A stretch of 64,000 bases of DNA from an uncultured bacterium (GTDB lineage: Bacteria > SAR324 > NAC60-12): assembly GCA_965662845.1 (NCBI GenBank), contig CBFIJD010000004.1:33281-97280 (forward strand), given 5' to 3'. Below are positions 37,079 to 46,175 of the stretch, piece after piece. A model generated the notes under the pieces. It saw nothing but the letters and a program-made list of their open reading frames with translations. It was not told where the DNA came from and did no database searches. A program made the translations under genes and the position numbers. Positions within the stretch are counted from its first letter, which is position 1. The number at the start of each line of letters is the position of its first letter.

Positions 37079-39298
37079 ATGAAAGAAGCTTTGCACGCCT
37101 TGCTCACGCAACATGCGCAAAAGAATCTCAAAGAAGAGATTCTGACTTTTGATGCGTATTTGCAGCTCATTCAGCAGGAACCGTGGGTGACGCGGGACAC
37201 CTTCCAGCTTTTGCACGATATGATGCTCTCCTCAGGAGTGGAGCACTCCATCACTCCGGGCAAGCCGATGAAGCACCACTATCAGTTTTTTGAAGATGGC
37301 CAGCGTGTGGGGCCTTTCATTGTCTTTGGACAGCAAAAGGCAAAAGAAAATTTGATTGAGAAGATCAACAACGCGAGCCGTGGACTCGAAGCGTCGAAGC
37401 GGCTTTGGATCTTGCTCGGTCCCCCAGGAGCCGCCAAGTCTCGCTCCATGGAAGGCATCAAGCAGGCGCTGAAGCAATACTCCATGTCAGAAGACGGGAA
37501 GACGCACACGCTGCTGCTGCCAACCGTAGATGAGCGCCTGCGAGATCAAGCCTTGTTTGAAGAGGACGGTGTGTATTATTTGCAGTCTCCGCTGTTTGAG
37601 AAGCCGCTTCAAGTCCTACCTGAAGACACGCGCAAAGCCTTCACACAGGAGCTGACCAACTCCTTCGACCGCGAGGCCATGAAGGCGTGGCTCGACCAAC
37701 ATCCGCACTATGACAACGAGTTTTCCATCTCGATCTCTGGACGGCTCTCTCCCTATAGCGAACACGTGCTCCGAGACTTCATGGAGGCCAAAGGTCTCAA
37801 CCTCGCAGAGTTGCTGCCTTATCTGCGCGTCAAGCGGATGGTCTACGACGCTCAAACCAAGACCGGCATTGGCGCCTACACTCCCCGCGACGAGAAGAGT
37901 CAAGAAGCTGGGTCTTTGGTCGGCAACATTGACTACAGCCTGCTCCCTCGCTTTGGCAGTGAATCTCACCCCTTGGTGCATGACTACAAAGGAGAGCTTT
38001 GCGCTGGCGCCAATGGCCTGGTTGAAATTCATGAAATTTTGAAGCTCTCCGACAAATTCTTGTACGAGCTTCTCTTTGCGACTCAAGACCGCTTCTTCAA
38101 GCCGGAAGGCCAACCACCGATCCCTTTCAATGGCGTGGTCATTGGCCACACCAACTTTCACGAATTCAACATGTTCATGGAGAACGCGTCCTTTGAGGCC
38201 TTGCGCTCCCGAACCACGTTTATCGAGATGCCGCTCTCTGTAGACTTCAAGCAGGAGCAGCTGATTTATGAGTTCACTTACTCCAACGAACGCCGCAGCT
38301 GGAAAAAAGAGAAGCAGCACCTCGCGCACGTCGCCCCACATAGCATCACCTTGCTGAGCCTGATGGCCGTGATGTCTCGCCTCTACGAATCCAAGCAGAA
38401 CCCCAACTTAACCCTGCTGCAAAAAGCGCTGATCTACGCTGGCCGCGCCGACAGCGGCGTCGACAACAACATGGCGCGGATGATCATTGACGAGTTTGAG
38501 TTCATCAAGCCGTCCGAAGGGACGTTTGGGCTAGACCCCCGTTTTGTGCAGAACGTGTTTGAAAACACCGAACACTTCCAAATCAACGAGTTTGCCGCCA
38601 ACCTGCAGCGCTTGCGCCAAGAGAGCGGTGACCAAGCCATGCTGACGTCCATCGCGCTGGAAAACCCCTGCGTCACCCCGTTGGATTTGTATGTGCGCAC
38701 CGAGCACTCCATCAAAGAGGTCTATGCCCAGCAGAAAACCAAGCTGAACCACTACGTCGAGAAGATCTTGCCCCAAGCCAAAAACTGGATCCTTGGGCAA
38801 GTCGCTAGCGACGTCTACAGCGCGATTTTGCGAGACGACTCCGTCTTAGAGACAACTTGGAAAAAGTATGCAGACCATGTGCGCGCTTACGCCCTCAACA
38901 CCAAGGTCAAACACGAGGTGACCCAAACCGACGTGCAGCCCGACGAACGCTTCATGCAGACCATTGAACAATACCTTGGTGTCCCCGACAAAGACGTGTT
39001 TCGCAAAGAGCTCAGCGATGCCATCGCGAGCGTCAGCTATCGCGTGATTCTCGCCGACGAACCCTCCTACCAAAACGCGATTAAAAAGTATGTGTTTGAA
39101 AACGAGTTCAAATCGGGTGAGAACATGAAACTGCTCGGCTGGATCAAAAGCGGCACCAGCACCGCAGTCGTCAATGACAAAGAACAAGCGCGCCTCAATG
39201 AGACCATTCGCTATCTTGTGGAAGTCAAAGGCTACTGTGGAAAGTGCGCGTTCCAAGCGCTCACGATTACGGCAAACGCTTCTAGCATCGTCATCTAA
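37079..39298 (+). CDS. prkA: PrkA/YeaG family AAA+ serine protein kinase
   Basis: LLGPPGAAKS, DEKSQE..SLVG.ID, GELC..ANGLVE..E..K, IIGHTN-like VIGHTN, EALRSR, APH, PDERFM.TIE, GYC..CA; ATG 37079 after GGAG. Confidence 0.88.
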   Translation: MKEALHALLTQHAQKNLKEEILTFDAYLQLIQQEPWVTRDTFQLLHDMMLSSGVEHSITPGKPMKHHYQFFEDGQRVGPFIVFGQQKAKENLIEKINNASRGLEASKRLWILLGPPGAAKSRSMEGIKQALKQYSMSEDGKTHTLLLPTVDERLRDQALFEEDGVYYLQSPLFEKPLQVLPEDTRKAFTQELTNSFDREAMKAWLDQHPHYDNEFSISISGRLSPYSEHVLRDFMEAKGLNLAELLPYLRVKRMVYDAQTKTGIGAYTPRDEKSQEAGSLVGNIDYSLLPRFGSESHPLVHDYKGELCAGANGLVEIHEILKLSDKFLYELLFATQDRFFKPEGQPPIPFNGVVIGHTNFHEFNMFMENASFEALRSRTTFIEMPLSVDFKQEQLIYEFTYSNERRSWKKEKQHLAHVAPHSITLLSLMAVMSRLYESKQNPNLTLLQKALIYAGRADSGVDNNMARMIIDEFEFIKPSEGTFGLDPRFVQNVFENTEHFQINEFAANLQRLRQESGDQAMLTSIALENPCVTPLDLYVRTEHSIKEVYAQQKTKLNHYVEKILPQAKNWILGQVASDVYSAILRDDSVLETTWKKYADHVRAYALNTKVKHEVTQTDVQPDERFMQTIEQYLGVPDKDVFRKELSDAIASVSYRVILADEPSYQNAIKKYVFENEFKSGENMKLLGWIKSGTSTAVVNDKEQARLNETIRYLVEVKGYCGKCAFQALTITANASSIVI

Positions 39299-39310
39299 AC
39301 CACTTCATCA

Positions 39311-39328
39311 GGCGTGGAAAACCACGCC
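39311..39328 (+). terminator. Hairpin after prkA
   Basis: GGCGTGG-AAAA-CCACGCC followed by a C/T-rich tract. Confidence 0.55.
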
Positions 39329-39372
39329 GTCCTCTCTCGTTTGTCTCTCCTTGCCTCTGCCAAAAAACGCAC

Positions 39373-40953
39373 ATGTATAAAGTTCTCATTACGGGTGCTC
39401 TGCACTCTTCTGCCATCGAAAGCCTGCAACAAGAACCCGACCTCGAAATTGACTACTGCCCCGACCTACCCAAAGACGAGATTCTCAACCGCATTCACCA
39501 ATACGAGTGCATCGTCACACGCTCTGAGACCTCTATTCAGAAGGAGCTGATTGACCGGGCGACGAACCTCAAAGTCATTGCCCGCGCCGCAGTCGGCATC
39601 GCCAACATTGACGTCGATTACGCCACAGAGAAGGGCATCCTGGTCATTCACACCCCAGGGAAAAACACCAACTCCGCGGCAGAGCTCACCTTGTCTCTGC
39701 TGCTAGCGGCGATTCGTAATGTGGTCCCTGCCCACCTCAACATGCAAAACGGAGGTTGGGATCGACACCGCTACACAGGCACCGAGCTGCTCCACAAAAC
39801 CATTGGGATTATTGGGCTCGGGAATGTGGGACACCGGGTCGCTCAATTCTGCCGTGCGTTTGATATGCAGGTTTTAGCCTATGACCCCTACATCTCTGAT
39901 GAGGTTTTTGACCGTCACGGCGCTCAGAAAAGCTCTTTAGAGGAGATCTGTGAAAAGGCCGATATTGTCACTCTGCACACTCCCAAGAATAAAGAGACCA
40001 TCGGCATAATTGGAGCAGAGCAAATCGCGAGCATGAAAGAGGGAGTGGTGATCATCAATGCCGCCCGAGGGGGAATCATTGATGAGGCCGCCTTATTGGA
40101 AGGCTTGCGCAGCAACAAGGTGAAAGCCGCAGGAATTGACACATGGGAAACGGAACCTCCACCCGACAATCCCTTTGCCGGCATGCCAAACGTAGTCATG
40201 ACCCCACATATCGGGGCTTCCACCCTTGAGGCCCAAGTTCGGATCGGCGCCTCTGTGGCCTCTCAAGTGCCCCGTGCCTTGCGAGGAGAAGTCGTAGACT
40301 TTCCGGTCAACATGCCACGAGTTCAAATTCTGGAAGGCGACTTGGTCTCTAGCTACACAACGTTGGCCGAGAAGTTAGGGGTCTTCGCGTCACAATACCT
40401 GCTGTTCTCGCCAAGCCACCTTGAGCTGAAATATCGCGGCACGCTCGCCAAGCAGAACGTCGCGCTGTTGAGGCTATGTTTTTTGAAGGGATTGCTGGGG
40501 CGCAAGCACGAGTCCGTGAGTTTTGTGAACGCGGAGCAAATCGCCGAGAGCACGGGCTTGCGCATTGAGGAGGAGAAAGACTTACACTTCACAGATTACG
40601 AAAATGCGCTCAAATGCACACTCTCTTCGCGAGATCAGACCTTCACCATTGGGGGAGTCGTCTTTAGCGGCCCTCACCCGCGCCTGACGCTGGTCAACGG
40701 CTTTGTCTTAGAGATGGAGCCTACCGGAACCATTTTGGCGATCAAAAACAATGATCAGCCAGGAATGGTCGGGGCGCTGGGGGCGTGTTTAGGAGAGAAC
40801 GGTGTGAACATCGACCAGTTTTCACTGGGTCGTGACAAGCGGGGAGGCGAGGCGATGGCCCTGATCCGAGTCGATAATGATCTCCCCGACACCCTCATCG
40901 AGCAGCTACAGAACCTGTCGGGGATCAACTTCGCTCGTAAAATTGTTTTGTAA
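39373..40953 (+). CDS. serA: D-3-phosphoglycerate dehydrogenase (long form with ASB and ACT domains)
   Basis: TRSET, GIIGLGNVG, INAARGGI, TPHIGAST.EAQ, C-terminal NNDQPGMVG ACT domain; 526 aa. Confidence 0.93.
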   Translation: MYKVLITGALHSSAIESLQQEPDLEIDYCPDLPKDEILNRIHQYECIVTRSETSIQKELIDRATNLKVIARAAVGIANIDVDYATEKGILVIHTPGKNTNSAAELTLSLLLAAIRNVVPAHLNMQNGGWDRHRYTGTELLHKTIGIIGLGNVGHRVAQFCRAFDMQVLAYDPYISDEVFDRHGAQKSSLEEICEKADIVTLHTPKNKETIGIIGAEQIASMKEGVVIINAARGGIIDEAALLEGLRSNKVKAAGIDTWETEPPPDNPFAGMPNVVMTPHIGASTLEAQVRIGASVASQVPRALRGEVVDFPVNMPRVQILEGDLVSSYTTLAEKLGVFASQYLLFSPSHLELKYRGTLAKQNVALLRLCFLKGLLGRKHESVSFVNAEQIAESTGLRIEEEKDLHFTDYENALKCTLSSRDQTFTIGGVVFSGPHPRLTLVNGFVLEMEPTGTILAIKNNDQPGMVGALGACLGENGVNIDQFSLGRDKRGGEAMALIRVDNDLPDTLIEQLQNLSGINFARKIVL

Positions 40954-42120
40954 TCAACCGGTAACTTGAGCGCACAGTGCTTCGACTTCTGGCTTGCGCT
41001 CAAGCAAATCCCACCAAGCTTCGGGAATCCCTGCCTCGGGCTTGCTCCCATAAATCGCTCCGGCCAGCGGCCCAAGCAACATCGCGCGGCCACAGGAATC
41101 GCCCCCAATCCAGATGTTTTGGCGGATTGCCTCTGTGAAGGAGTCTGTGTTTGCCAAAATGTGCAAGGCGACCGCAGTCCCACAACGCAAATCACAGTGC
41201 CGTCCCACTTTGCCTGCGAAGGCGTCACAATCGGCTTCTTCAGACTGCAAGGCCTCCTGCCACGTGTCCCGCACTTCTGCGTTGTCTAGCTGCGCAACCT
41301 GCGCGAAGGTCTCCGTTTTGGAGCCGGTTTCCATGGCAGCGCTCAGCAGCTTCGTGGCAGCGAGCCCATAACTTAAGGCCCGTTCGTGCTGGTGCGTGAC
41401 GCGGATCGCCGACTCTGCAATACAGGAGAAGGCCTCGTCTTGCGCGGCTCGCAACAGCAGGGGAGACAATTTGCTGAGAGCGGGCAACTGATCGTCCTCG
41501 ACACCATGGAACGTCTCAAGCTGCTCGCGGACTTGGATGTAGGCGCTCAACCCAAACTCGACGTCGGCGGCTTCTCCCTCCGCCTCTACAATCGCTTCCT
41601 CAATGCGCAGAGGGCGTTCGTCGATCGGCTCCGACTTGTAGATCCGAAAAACCGTTTGCAGCCATCTGCGCTTTCTCTCGGCTGTAATGCCCCGAGGATC
41701 CAACACCTCAATTTGCATGATGCGCTCTTTGACGTCGGCTTCTTTACAGGCAATGCGATCCAGCAGCCATCGGGTCGGGTGATCAATATATCCGACGAAC
41801 TCCCCTCCATATCCAAAGTGCGCTCGGAAAGTGCGCTCATACACTTCTTTGTCGTAATCTCCGCCCCGCTTGCTGAGCGCTCGCAACATCGTGAGGCATT
41901 GCTCGCCGTATTGCGACTGCTGGCCGCGCGCTCGTTTTCCGTGCACAAAAACCCCTACTTTTCCAGTGTAGTCTTCGGGGTTTGGGGCGTGAAACTCTGG
42001 GGTTTGGGGTTCTAGTTCTCGGATGCGCTCCGGCTTGTAGAGCCAGTGAAACCCTAGCGCTGCGGCATCTGCGACGAAGGTTCCTCGCACCGCGTTGATG
42101 GCTCGGTCATTCGTGGACAT
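40954..42120 (-). CDS. ADP-ribosylglycohydrolase family protein
   Basis: GTFVADAAALGFHWLY, SQYGEQ, GYIDHPT, DDQ, AIRVTH, NIWIGGDSCGRA. Confidence 0.8.
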   Translation of the reverse strand: MSTNDRAINAVRGTFVADAAALGFHWLYKPERIRELEPQTPEFHAPNPEDYTGKVGVFVHGKRARGQQSQYGEQCLTMLRALSKRGGDYDKEVYERTFRAHFGYGGEFVGYIDHPTRWLLDRIACKEADVKERIMQIEVLDPRGITAERKRRWLQTVFRIYKSEPIDERPLRIEEAIVEAEGEAADVEFGLSAYIQVREQLETFHGVEDDQLPALSKLSPLLLRAAQDEAFSCIAESAIRVTHQHERALSYGLAATKLLSAAMETGSKTETFAQVAQLDNAEVRDTWQEALQSEEADCDAFAGKVGRHCDLRCGTAVALHILANTDSFTEAIRQNIWIGGDSCGRAMLLGPLAGAIYGSKPEAGIPEAWWDLLERKPEVEALCAQVTG

Positions 42121-42137
42121 GAAACTCTCTCAAAGAT

Positions 42138-42521
42138 TTATGTGCAAGCCTCTGTCGGGCCTTCTGCTTCGCGCCACGCGGTGAAGCCACCCACGATGTC
42201 ACGAACGTTTAAGCCCATTCTTTGCGCCGTTTGCGTAGCGAGCGCAGAGCGCCAGCCTTTGCTGCAATAAAACAGATACTTTTTCTGATCTGCGCCTTCA
42301 AAAATTTTGGAGTGGTAGGGACTTTCAGGGTCAATCCAAAACTCCAACATCCCTCGGGGAACATGCTGGGCTCCTTCAATTTTCCCTTCCCGCTGCAGCT
42401 CTCGTACGTCTCGCAGGTCGATCACTTCATATTCTTTGAAGTGAGCTAACGCGTCCTCTAGCGAGAGTCGTTCAATCTCTTGTTCTGCTTGCGCCAGCAT
42501 TGCTTGGTATCCAATCGCCAT
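42138..42521 (-). CDS. Rhodanese-like domain protein
   Basis: IDLRD.RE...EGKI.GA.H.PRGMLEFWIDPESPYH, FYCSKGWRSA, GGF.AW. Confidence 0.9.
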   Translation of the reverse strand: MAIGYQAMLAQAEQEIERLSLEDALAHFKEYEVIDLRDVRELQREGKIEGAQHVPRGMLEFWIDPESPYHSKIFEGADQKKYLFYCSKGWRSALATQTAQRMGLNVRDIVGGFTAWREAEGPTEACT

Positions 42522-42779
42522 GGTCGTTTCTCAGGTAAAGACTCAAAAAAGATCGCGCCCTCTCTGGGTTAGCGAATTACAAATTTATTGTGTGAAAATG
42601 GATTTATCTTGTTGCAACCTTTTGTTCTCACAGAACGCCGCTAATATTAGAGAGTGATTTCCCTCAGGAGCCTGAAAATAAATACTTTTTTCTAAATCAG
42701 AAAAGGAAGCAAAGCTGCAGGAGAGGAGATTAGCAACGAGCACCTTGCTGCCTTATCGACTCTTAACGAAGGACGCAAC

Positions 42780-42956
42780 ATGGAAGCTTTGTTTGGACTG
42801 CCGCTAGCGATCAGCGCCGCCGTTGGCGCTGCTCTCATTGGCATTTTTGTTTATCGCAAGTATTTCGCGGAGACGCCGCCAGAACCCGTCTACGATTCTC
42901 CGACTGACCGCATCTCTCCCGAAGTCAGCCACGGCAACAGCGAGCCTCACGCCTGA
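42780..42956 (+). CDS. Small single-pass membrane protein (58 aa; not in ORF track)
   Basis: AAGGA RBS; MEALFGLPLAISAAVGAALIGIFVYRKYFAETPPEPVYDSPTDRISPEVSHGNSEPHA*. Confidence 0.6.
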   Translation: MEALFGLPLAISAAVGAALIGIFVYRKYFAETPPEPVYDSPTDRISPEVSHGNSEPHA

Positions 42957-42987
42957 GGGGCCGCGCGGCTTCGATTTCTGGCGGAGG

Positions 42988-43953
42988 TCATCCCCCCATT
43001 GAGGACATAATTGCGCTAGAACCTGTGAAAAAGTCCGTTCGTTTTTGGGCGATGGACTCCCGCACTTTCTCGCGCAATTGCTCCGCGTCTGGTGATTCTA
43101 GCAGCTCTCGGATGGAGACCTCTTGAGGATTGCTCAAACAACCGATCAATTTCCCCGTAGAAGTCAGCCGCAACCGGGAACAGCCCGCACAAAACGGAGC
43201 GCTCTCGTTCGCGATGATGCCAAAGACGCCGCCGGGGACGCGGTAGCGCACCGCAGTAGAATCCGCCGGCGCGTCGCTGTCTGTGAACGTATACTTTTCA
43301 CGAATCGCGCTGAGCATTTCCGCCATGGAGACAAACCGATCAGGAGGCGCAGTCTGTCCGTTGGTGGGATGCTTGTAGAGCGGCCCCATTTTCATCAGCT
43401 CCAAGAAGCGCAGCTCTAGGTGGCGCTCCAGCGCGAAGTCAAGCATGTCCACAAGCTCGTGGTCGTTCTCACCACGCATCACGACCATGTTGACCTTGGT
43501 TGGAATCTTCAACTCCACGGCTTTTTCAATCCCTCGCAAGACCTTCCGTAAGTTGCCGCCACGCGCAAGTCGCTCAAAATTGTCAGGGTCAACGGAGTCT
43601 AGGCTGATGTTCAGAGCGGTCAGACCGGCTTCACGCAGCGCGTCAACTTTGCGCTCTAACAGGTAAGCGTTGGTCGTGACGCTGATGTCCTCGAACCCCA
43701 TGTCAGTGAGCCCACGAATCAATGTGGGCAGCTGCGCAAAGAGTAAGGGTTCCCCGCCCGTAATGCGGATCTTCTCAATGCCAGCGTGCTGTTTGAGCAT
43801 GCCGATGAGGTGCAGGTGCTCTTCACAGCTGAGCTGATTTTTAGAGACGTAGTGTCCACCAACTTTGTCGACACAATAAATGCAGGAAAAGTTGCAGGCG
43901 TCTGTCACAGACACGCGCAACTTGTTGATGTTGCGTCCGAGCGCGTCAATCAT
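42988..43953 (-). CDS. moaA: GTP 3',8-cyclase MoaA (radical SAM)
   Basis: LRVSVTDACNFSCIYC, RITGGEP, NISLDS, FCAGCSRLRLT..G...GCL, terminal GG; ATG 43953 with AGGAG RBS. Confidence 0.93.
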   Translation of the reverse strand: MIDALGRNINKLRVSVTDACNFSCIYCVDKVGGHYVSKNQLSCEEHLHLIGMLKQHAGIEKIRITGGEPLLFAQLPTLIRGLTDMGFEDISVTTNAYLLERKVDALREAGLTALNISLDSVDPDNFERLARGGNLRKVLRGIEKAVELKIPTKVNMVVMRGENDHELVDMLDFALERHLELRFLELMKMGPLYKHPTNGQTAPPDRFVSMAEMLSAIREKYTFTDSDAPADSTAVRYRVPGGVFGIIANESAPFCAGCSRLRLTSTGKLIGCLSNPQEVSIRELLESPDAEQLREKVRESIAQKRTDFFTGSSAIMSSMGG

Positions 43954-43954
43954 A

Positions 43955-44050
43955 GTCTCCTTTCCAAATGCGGGAGGCTTGTGCGTTTCCCCACAAACCC
44001 AACGTTTTCTGATCCATAGCACTCGGCCTTAGGCTCAAAAAATCGGAGAT
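43955..44050 (-). ncRNA. Moco/Tuco (molybdenum/tungsten cofactor) riboswitch-family RNA motif upstream of moaA
   Basis: Minus strand: ATCTCCGA-TTTTTTGAG-CCTAAG...CTATGG-ATCAGAAAA...GGGTTTGTG-GGGAAAC-GCACAAGCC-TCCCGCATTTGGAAAGGAGA. The 3' block resembles the E. coli moaA leader (CCTCCCGTATTTGGAAAGG). P1 (TCTCC/GGAGA) sequesters the RBS. Confidence 0.85.
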
Positions 44051-44133
44051 TGATGGTAATGGGTGAAAAAAATAGGCTTATTTTTGTAACAGGCGTGTGA
44101 CGCGGGCGCAACGTCTGTCGAACAGAAACGAGG

Positions 44134-44766
44134 CTACACCAGCCACGAGACGAAGGAACGACTGGCCTCAGCAATCCAACGAAAGGGGCTCAAGTTGGGC
44201 AGCACAATGCCAATCATCACCAAGACCATGAGCAAGCCGGTGCCATACTGCACATTCCAGAACTCGTACTTGCGACGCGGCGCAGGCGGCAAGAAATTGG
44301 GCCAGACATAGCTCCCATCTAGCGGCCCAATGGGCAGTAGATTGAAGAGACAGAGGTTCATGTTGATCAACGAGAACCAGATCAGCAGCTCGCTCACGGG
44401 GAAGTCCCCAATCGTCGACCAGCCGCTTCGATAGGAGACGCCAATCAAGATTCCCCCCACAATCGCGAGCAACAAATTCATCAAAGGCCCCGCTGCGGCC
44501 ACGTACATATCGGCGTTCCGCACTCGAAAGTTGCGGGGATTGACCGGCACCGGCTTGGCGTATCCGAACCCAATGAAGAGAATCATCAAACTCCCGAACA
44601 AGTCCAAATGCACCAGCGGGTTCACACTCAGGCGCCCCTGCATTTTTGCCGTCGAGTCTCCGCATAAGTAGGCGACGGCCGCGTGGGAGAACTCATGAAA
44701 CGTCAGCGCAAACAATAAGGCGAAGGCCAGCAGAACCATGACCTGTGGGTCTAACTGAAACAGCAT
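44134..44766 (-). CDS. Site-2 protease family (M50) intramembrane Zn-metalloprotease
   Basis: HEFSH, GD.TAK..GRLS.NPL.HLD, AAAGP..N, FNLLPIGPLDG. Confidence 0.92.
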   Translation of the reverse strand: MLFQLDPQVMVLLAFALLFALTFHEFSHAAVAYLCGDSTAKMQGRLSVNPLVHLDLFGSLMILFIGFGYAKPVPVNPRNFRVRNADMYVAAAGPLMNLLLAIVGGILIGVSYRSGWSTIGDFPVSELLIWFSLINMNLCLFNLLPIGPLDGSYVWPNFLPPAPRRKYEFWNVQYGTGLLMVLVMIGIVLPNLSPFRWIAEASRSFVSWLV

Positions 44767-44775
44767 GTTCCTCGA

Positions 44776-45528
44776 TTATTTTCTTCGCAAAAGGATGGTA
44801 GGCAAGTGCAGCTGGTCGCTTTTATAGTCTCCTGTGAGCAGATACATGCCTAGATTCACATAAAATCGTAGCGCCAGCTCGGTGTCTGGGCGGTTGTTGT
44901 TCACGCGGACGGCGCTCTGAGCCAGATTTGACCACGCCAACCGTGGCGAACGATTGAAGATCATGATGTAGCGATCATTTTGCTCCAGCAAGCGAATTGG
45001 GACACCTTCACTCCCTAACAGCATTCGCTTTTCGAGCAGATAGAAGCTGAAGGAGAGCACGTCGCTGCGCCGCAACGGTATCCACTCGGCGTCTCTATAG
45101 ATCTGCAGAGCCCACGCTTCCCACGCTCGCTCACGCTCGGAGCTCAATGTCTCGCAATAATCCATAAAGAGCGTCCCTCCTCGCGCGAAAAAGTCTCGCC
45201 AGCGCCAGCGCTCCTGCGGCGTCACCTCGGGCGGGGTCTCGCAGAGAGGCAGGTGCAAGAAGGGGTAGTCCGTGAGTTGGGTCTGCGTCCACGATAGCCA
45301 CTGTTGGCTGGACGCCATCCGGATCGTCGTTCGGCCTTCAATCGCGCGTTTCACTCTGGGGATCGGTCTTTCTGGAGGCGGGGCATCCGAGAGCACAAGG
45401 GAGCGCCAAGTCAGCTGGTCGCCAGTTACCCAGTCGGATGCTTCATGAGGGAAGTTGCTTTGAGCCGTTGCGAAGGGCACCCCTTGGAGCCCCGCAAGGA
45501 GGAGAGTGAGCAAGAAGAGGCGCAACAA
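44776..45528 (-). CDS. DUF4159-like domain protein (start uncertain)
   Basis: Signal-like N-terminus, YPFL, F..RGG.LFMD, SFYLL, and C-terminal N..MYLLTGDYKSDQLH.P.IL typical of DUF4159. Confidence 0.65.
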   Translation of the reverse strand: MLRLFLLTLLLAGLQGVPFATAQSNFPHEASDWVTGDQLTWRSLVLSDAPPPERPIPRVKRAIEGRTTIRMASSQQWLSWTQTQLTDYPFLHLPLCETPPEVTPQERWRWRDFFARGGTLFMDYCETLSSERERAWEAWALQIYRDAEWIPLRRSDVLSFSFYLLEKRMLLGSEGVPIRLLEQNDRYIMIFNRSPRLAWSNLAQSAVRVNNNRPDTELALRFYVNLGMYLLTGDYKSDQLHLPTILLRRK

Positions 45529-45532
45529 GCGT

Positions 45533-45745
45533 TTAAGACCGTCGCAAGAAGTATTCACCGAACCCAGACCACTTGTCAGACTTGTCGGGCATGCGGTTGG
45601 CGCTGGGCGCGGTCTCCGTTTCTTCGGGCCCATTCAGCAGCCAGTCACGGAAAGATTTCTGTTCTTCATCATCGCGAAAGGTTTGGATCACAGACACCAA
45701 TTTTTCTACGTCCGCAGGGTCTTTAACGGAGTTTGTTTGGCTCAT
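45533..45745 (-). CDS. Small hypothetical protein (70 aa)
   Basis: AGGA RBS; operon-like spacing between neighbours. Confidence 0.55.
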   Translation of the reverse strand: MSQTNSVKDPADVEKLVSVIQTFRDDEEQKSFRDWLLNGPEETETAPSANRMPDKSDKWSGFGEYFLRRS

Positions 45746-45755
45746 TGAGAATGTC

Positions 45756-45947
45756 CTATCGAGAAGAGTTACGTAGTTGCCATTTGCGTCTCAGCTCATC
45801 CCGCAAGAAGCGGTAAACAAAAAACCCGCTCAGACCGGCGAGTGAGGCACCCGCCACCACGGCGACGAGTCCTCCGCCGTAAACCGCAATCGCGATTCCT
45901 AACAACAAAAAAGGGACCAAACAAATGATGATCAGCGCTTCGATCAT
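45756..45947 (-). CDS. Small membrane protein (63 aa, 2 TM)
   Basis: Hydrophobic hairpin followed by a basic tail; 9 bp after the upstream small ORF. Confidence 0.6.
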   Translation of the reverse strand: MIEALIIICLVPFLLLGIAIAVYGGGLVAVVAGASLAGLSGFFVYRFLRDELRRKWQLRNSSR

Positions 45948-45956
45948 GAGGCGACT

Positions 45957-46073
45957 TTAATCTTTGTTGAGGAATTTCTCCTCATACCAATAGACGCCCA
46001 GCCCGAGCGCGATGGGGACAATAAAGACGAAGAAGAAGATGAGGAAGACGAGATAGGCCGATGTGAATGTCAT
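45957..46073 (-). CDS. Small single-pass membrane protein (38 aa; not in ORF track)
   Basis: AAGGA RBS; MTFTSAYLVFLIFFFVFIVPIALGLGVYWYEEKFLNKD*. Confidence 0.65.
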   Translation of the reverse strand: MTFTSAYLVFLIFFFVFIVPIALGLGVYWYEEKFLNKD

Positions 46074-46097
46074 AATTCCTTGTCGTGAGTGAGGTCA

Positions 46098-46127
46098 ATT
46101 GTGTGACACAATGCTGTCATCCTGACA
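46098..46127. promoter_or_regulatory. Tandem palindromes in a divergent promoter region
   Basis: ATTGTGT-G-ACACAAT (46098-46112) and TGTCA-TCC-TGACA (46115-46127). Confidence 0.45.
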
Positions 46128-46175
46128 AAGAACGCAGGGAGTTGCTAGTAAAAAACGTCATTGACAGGGGATTTC

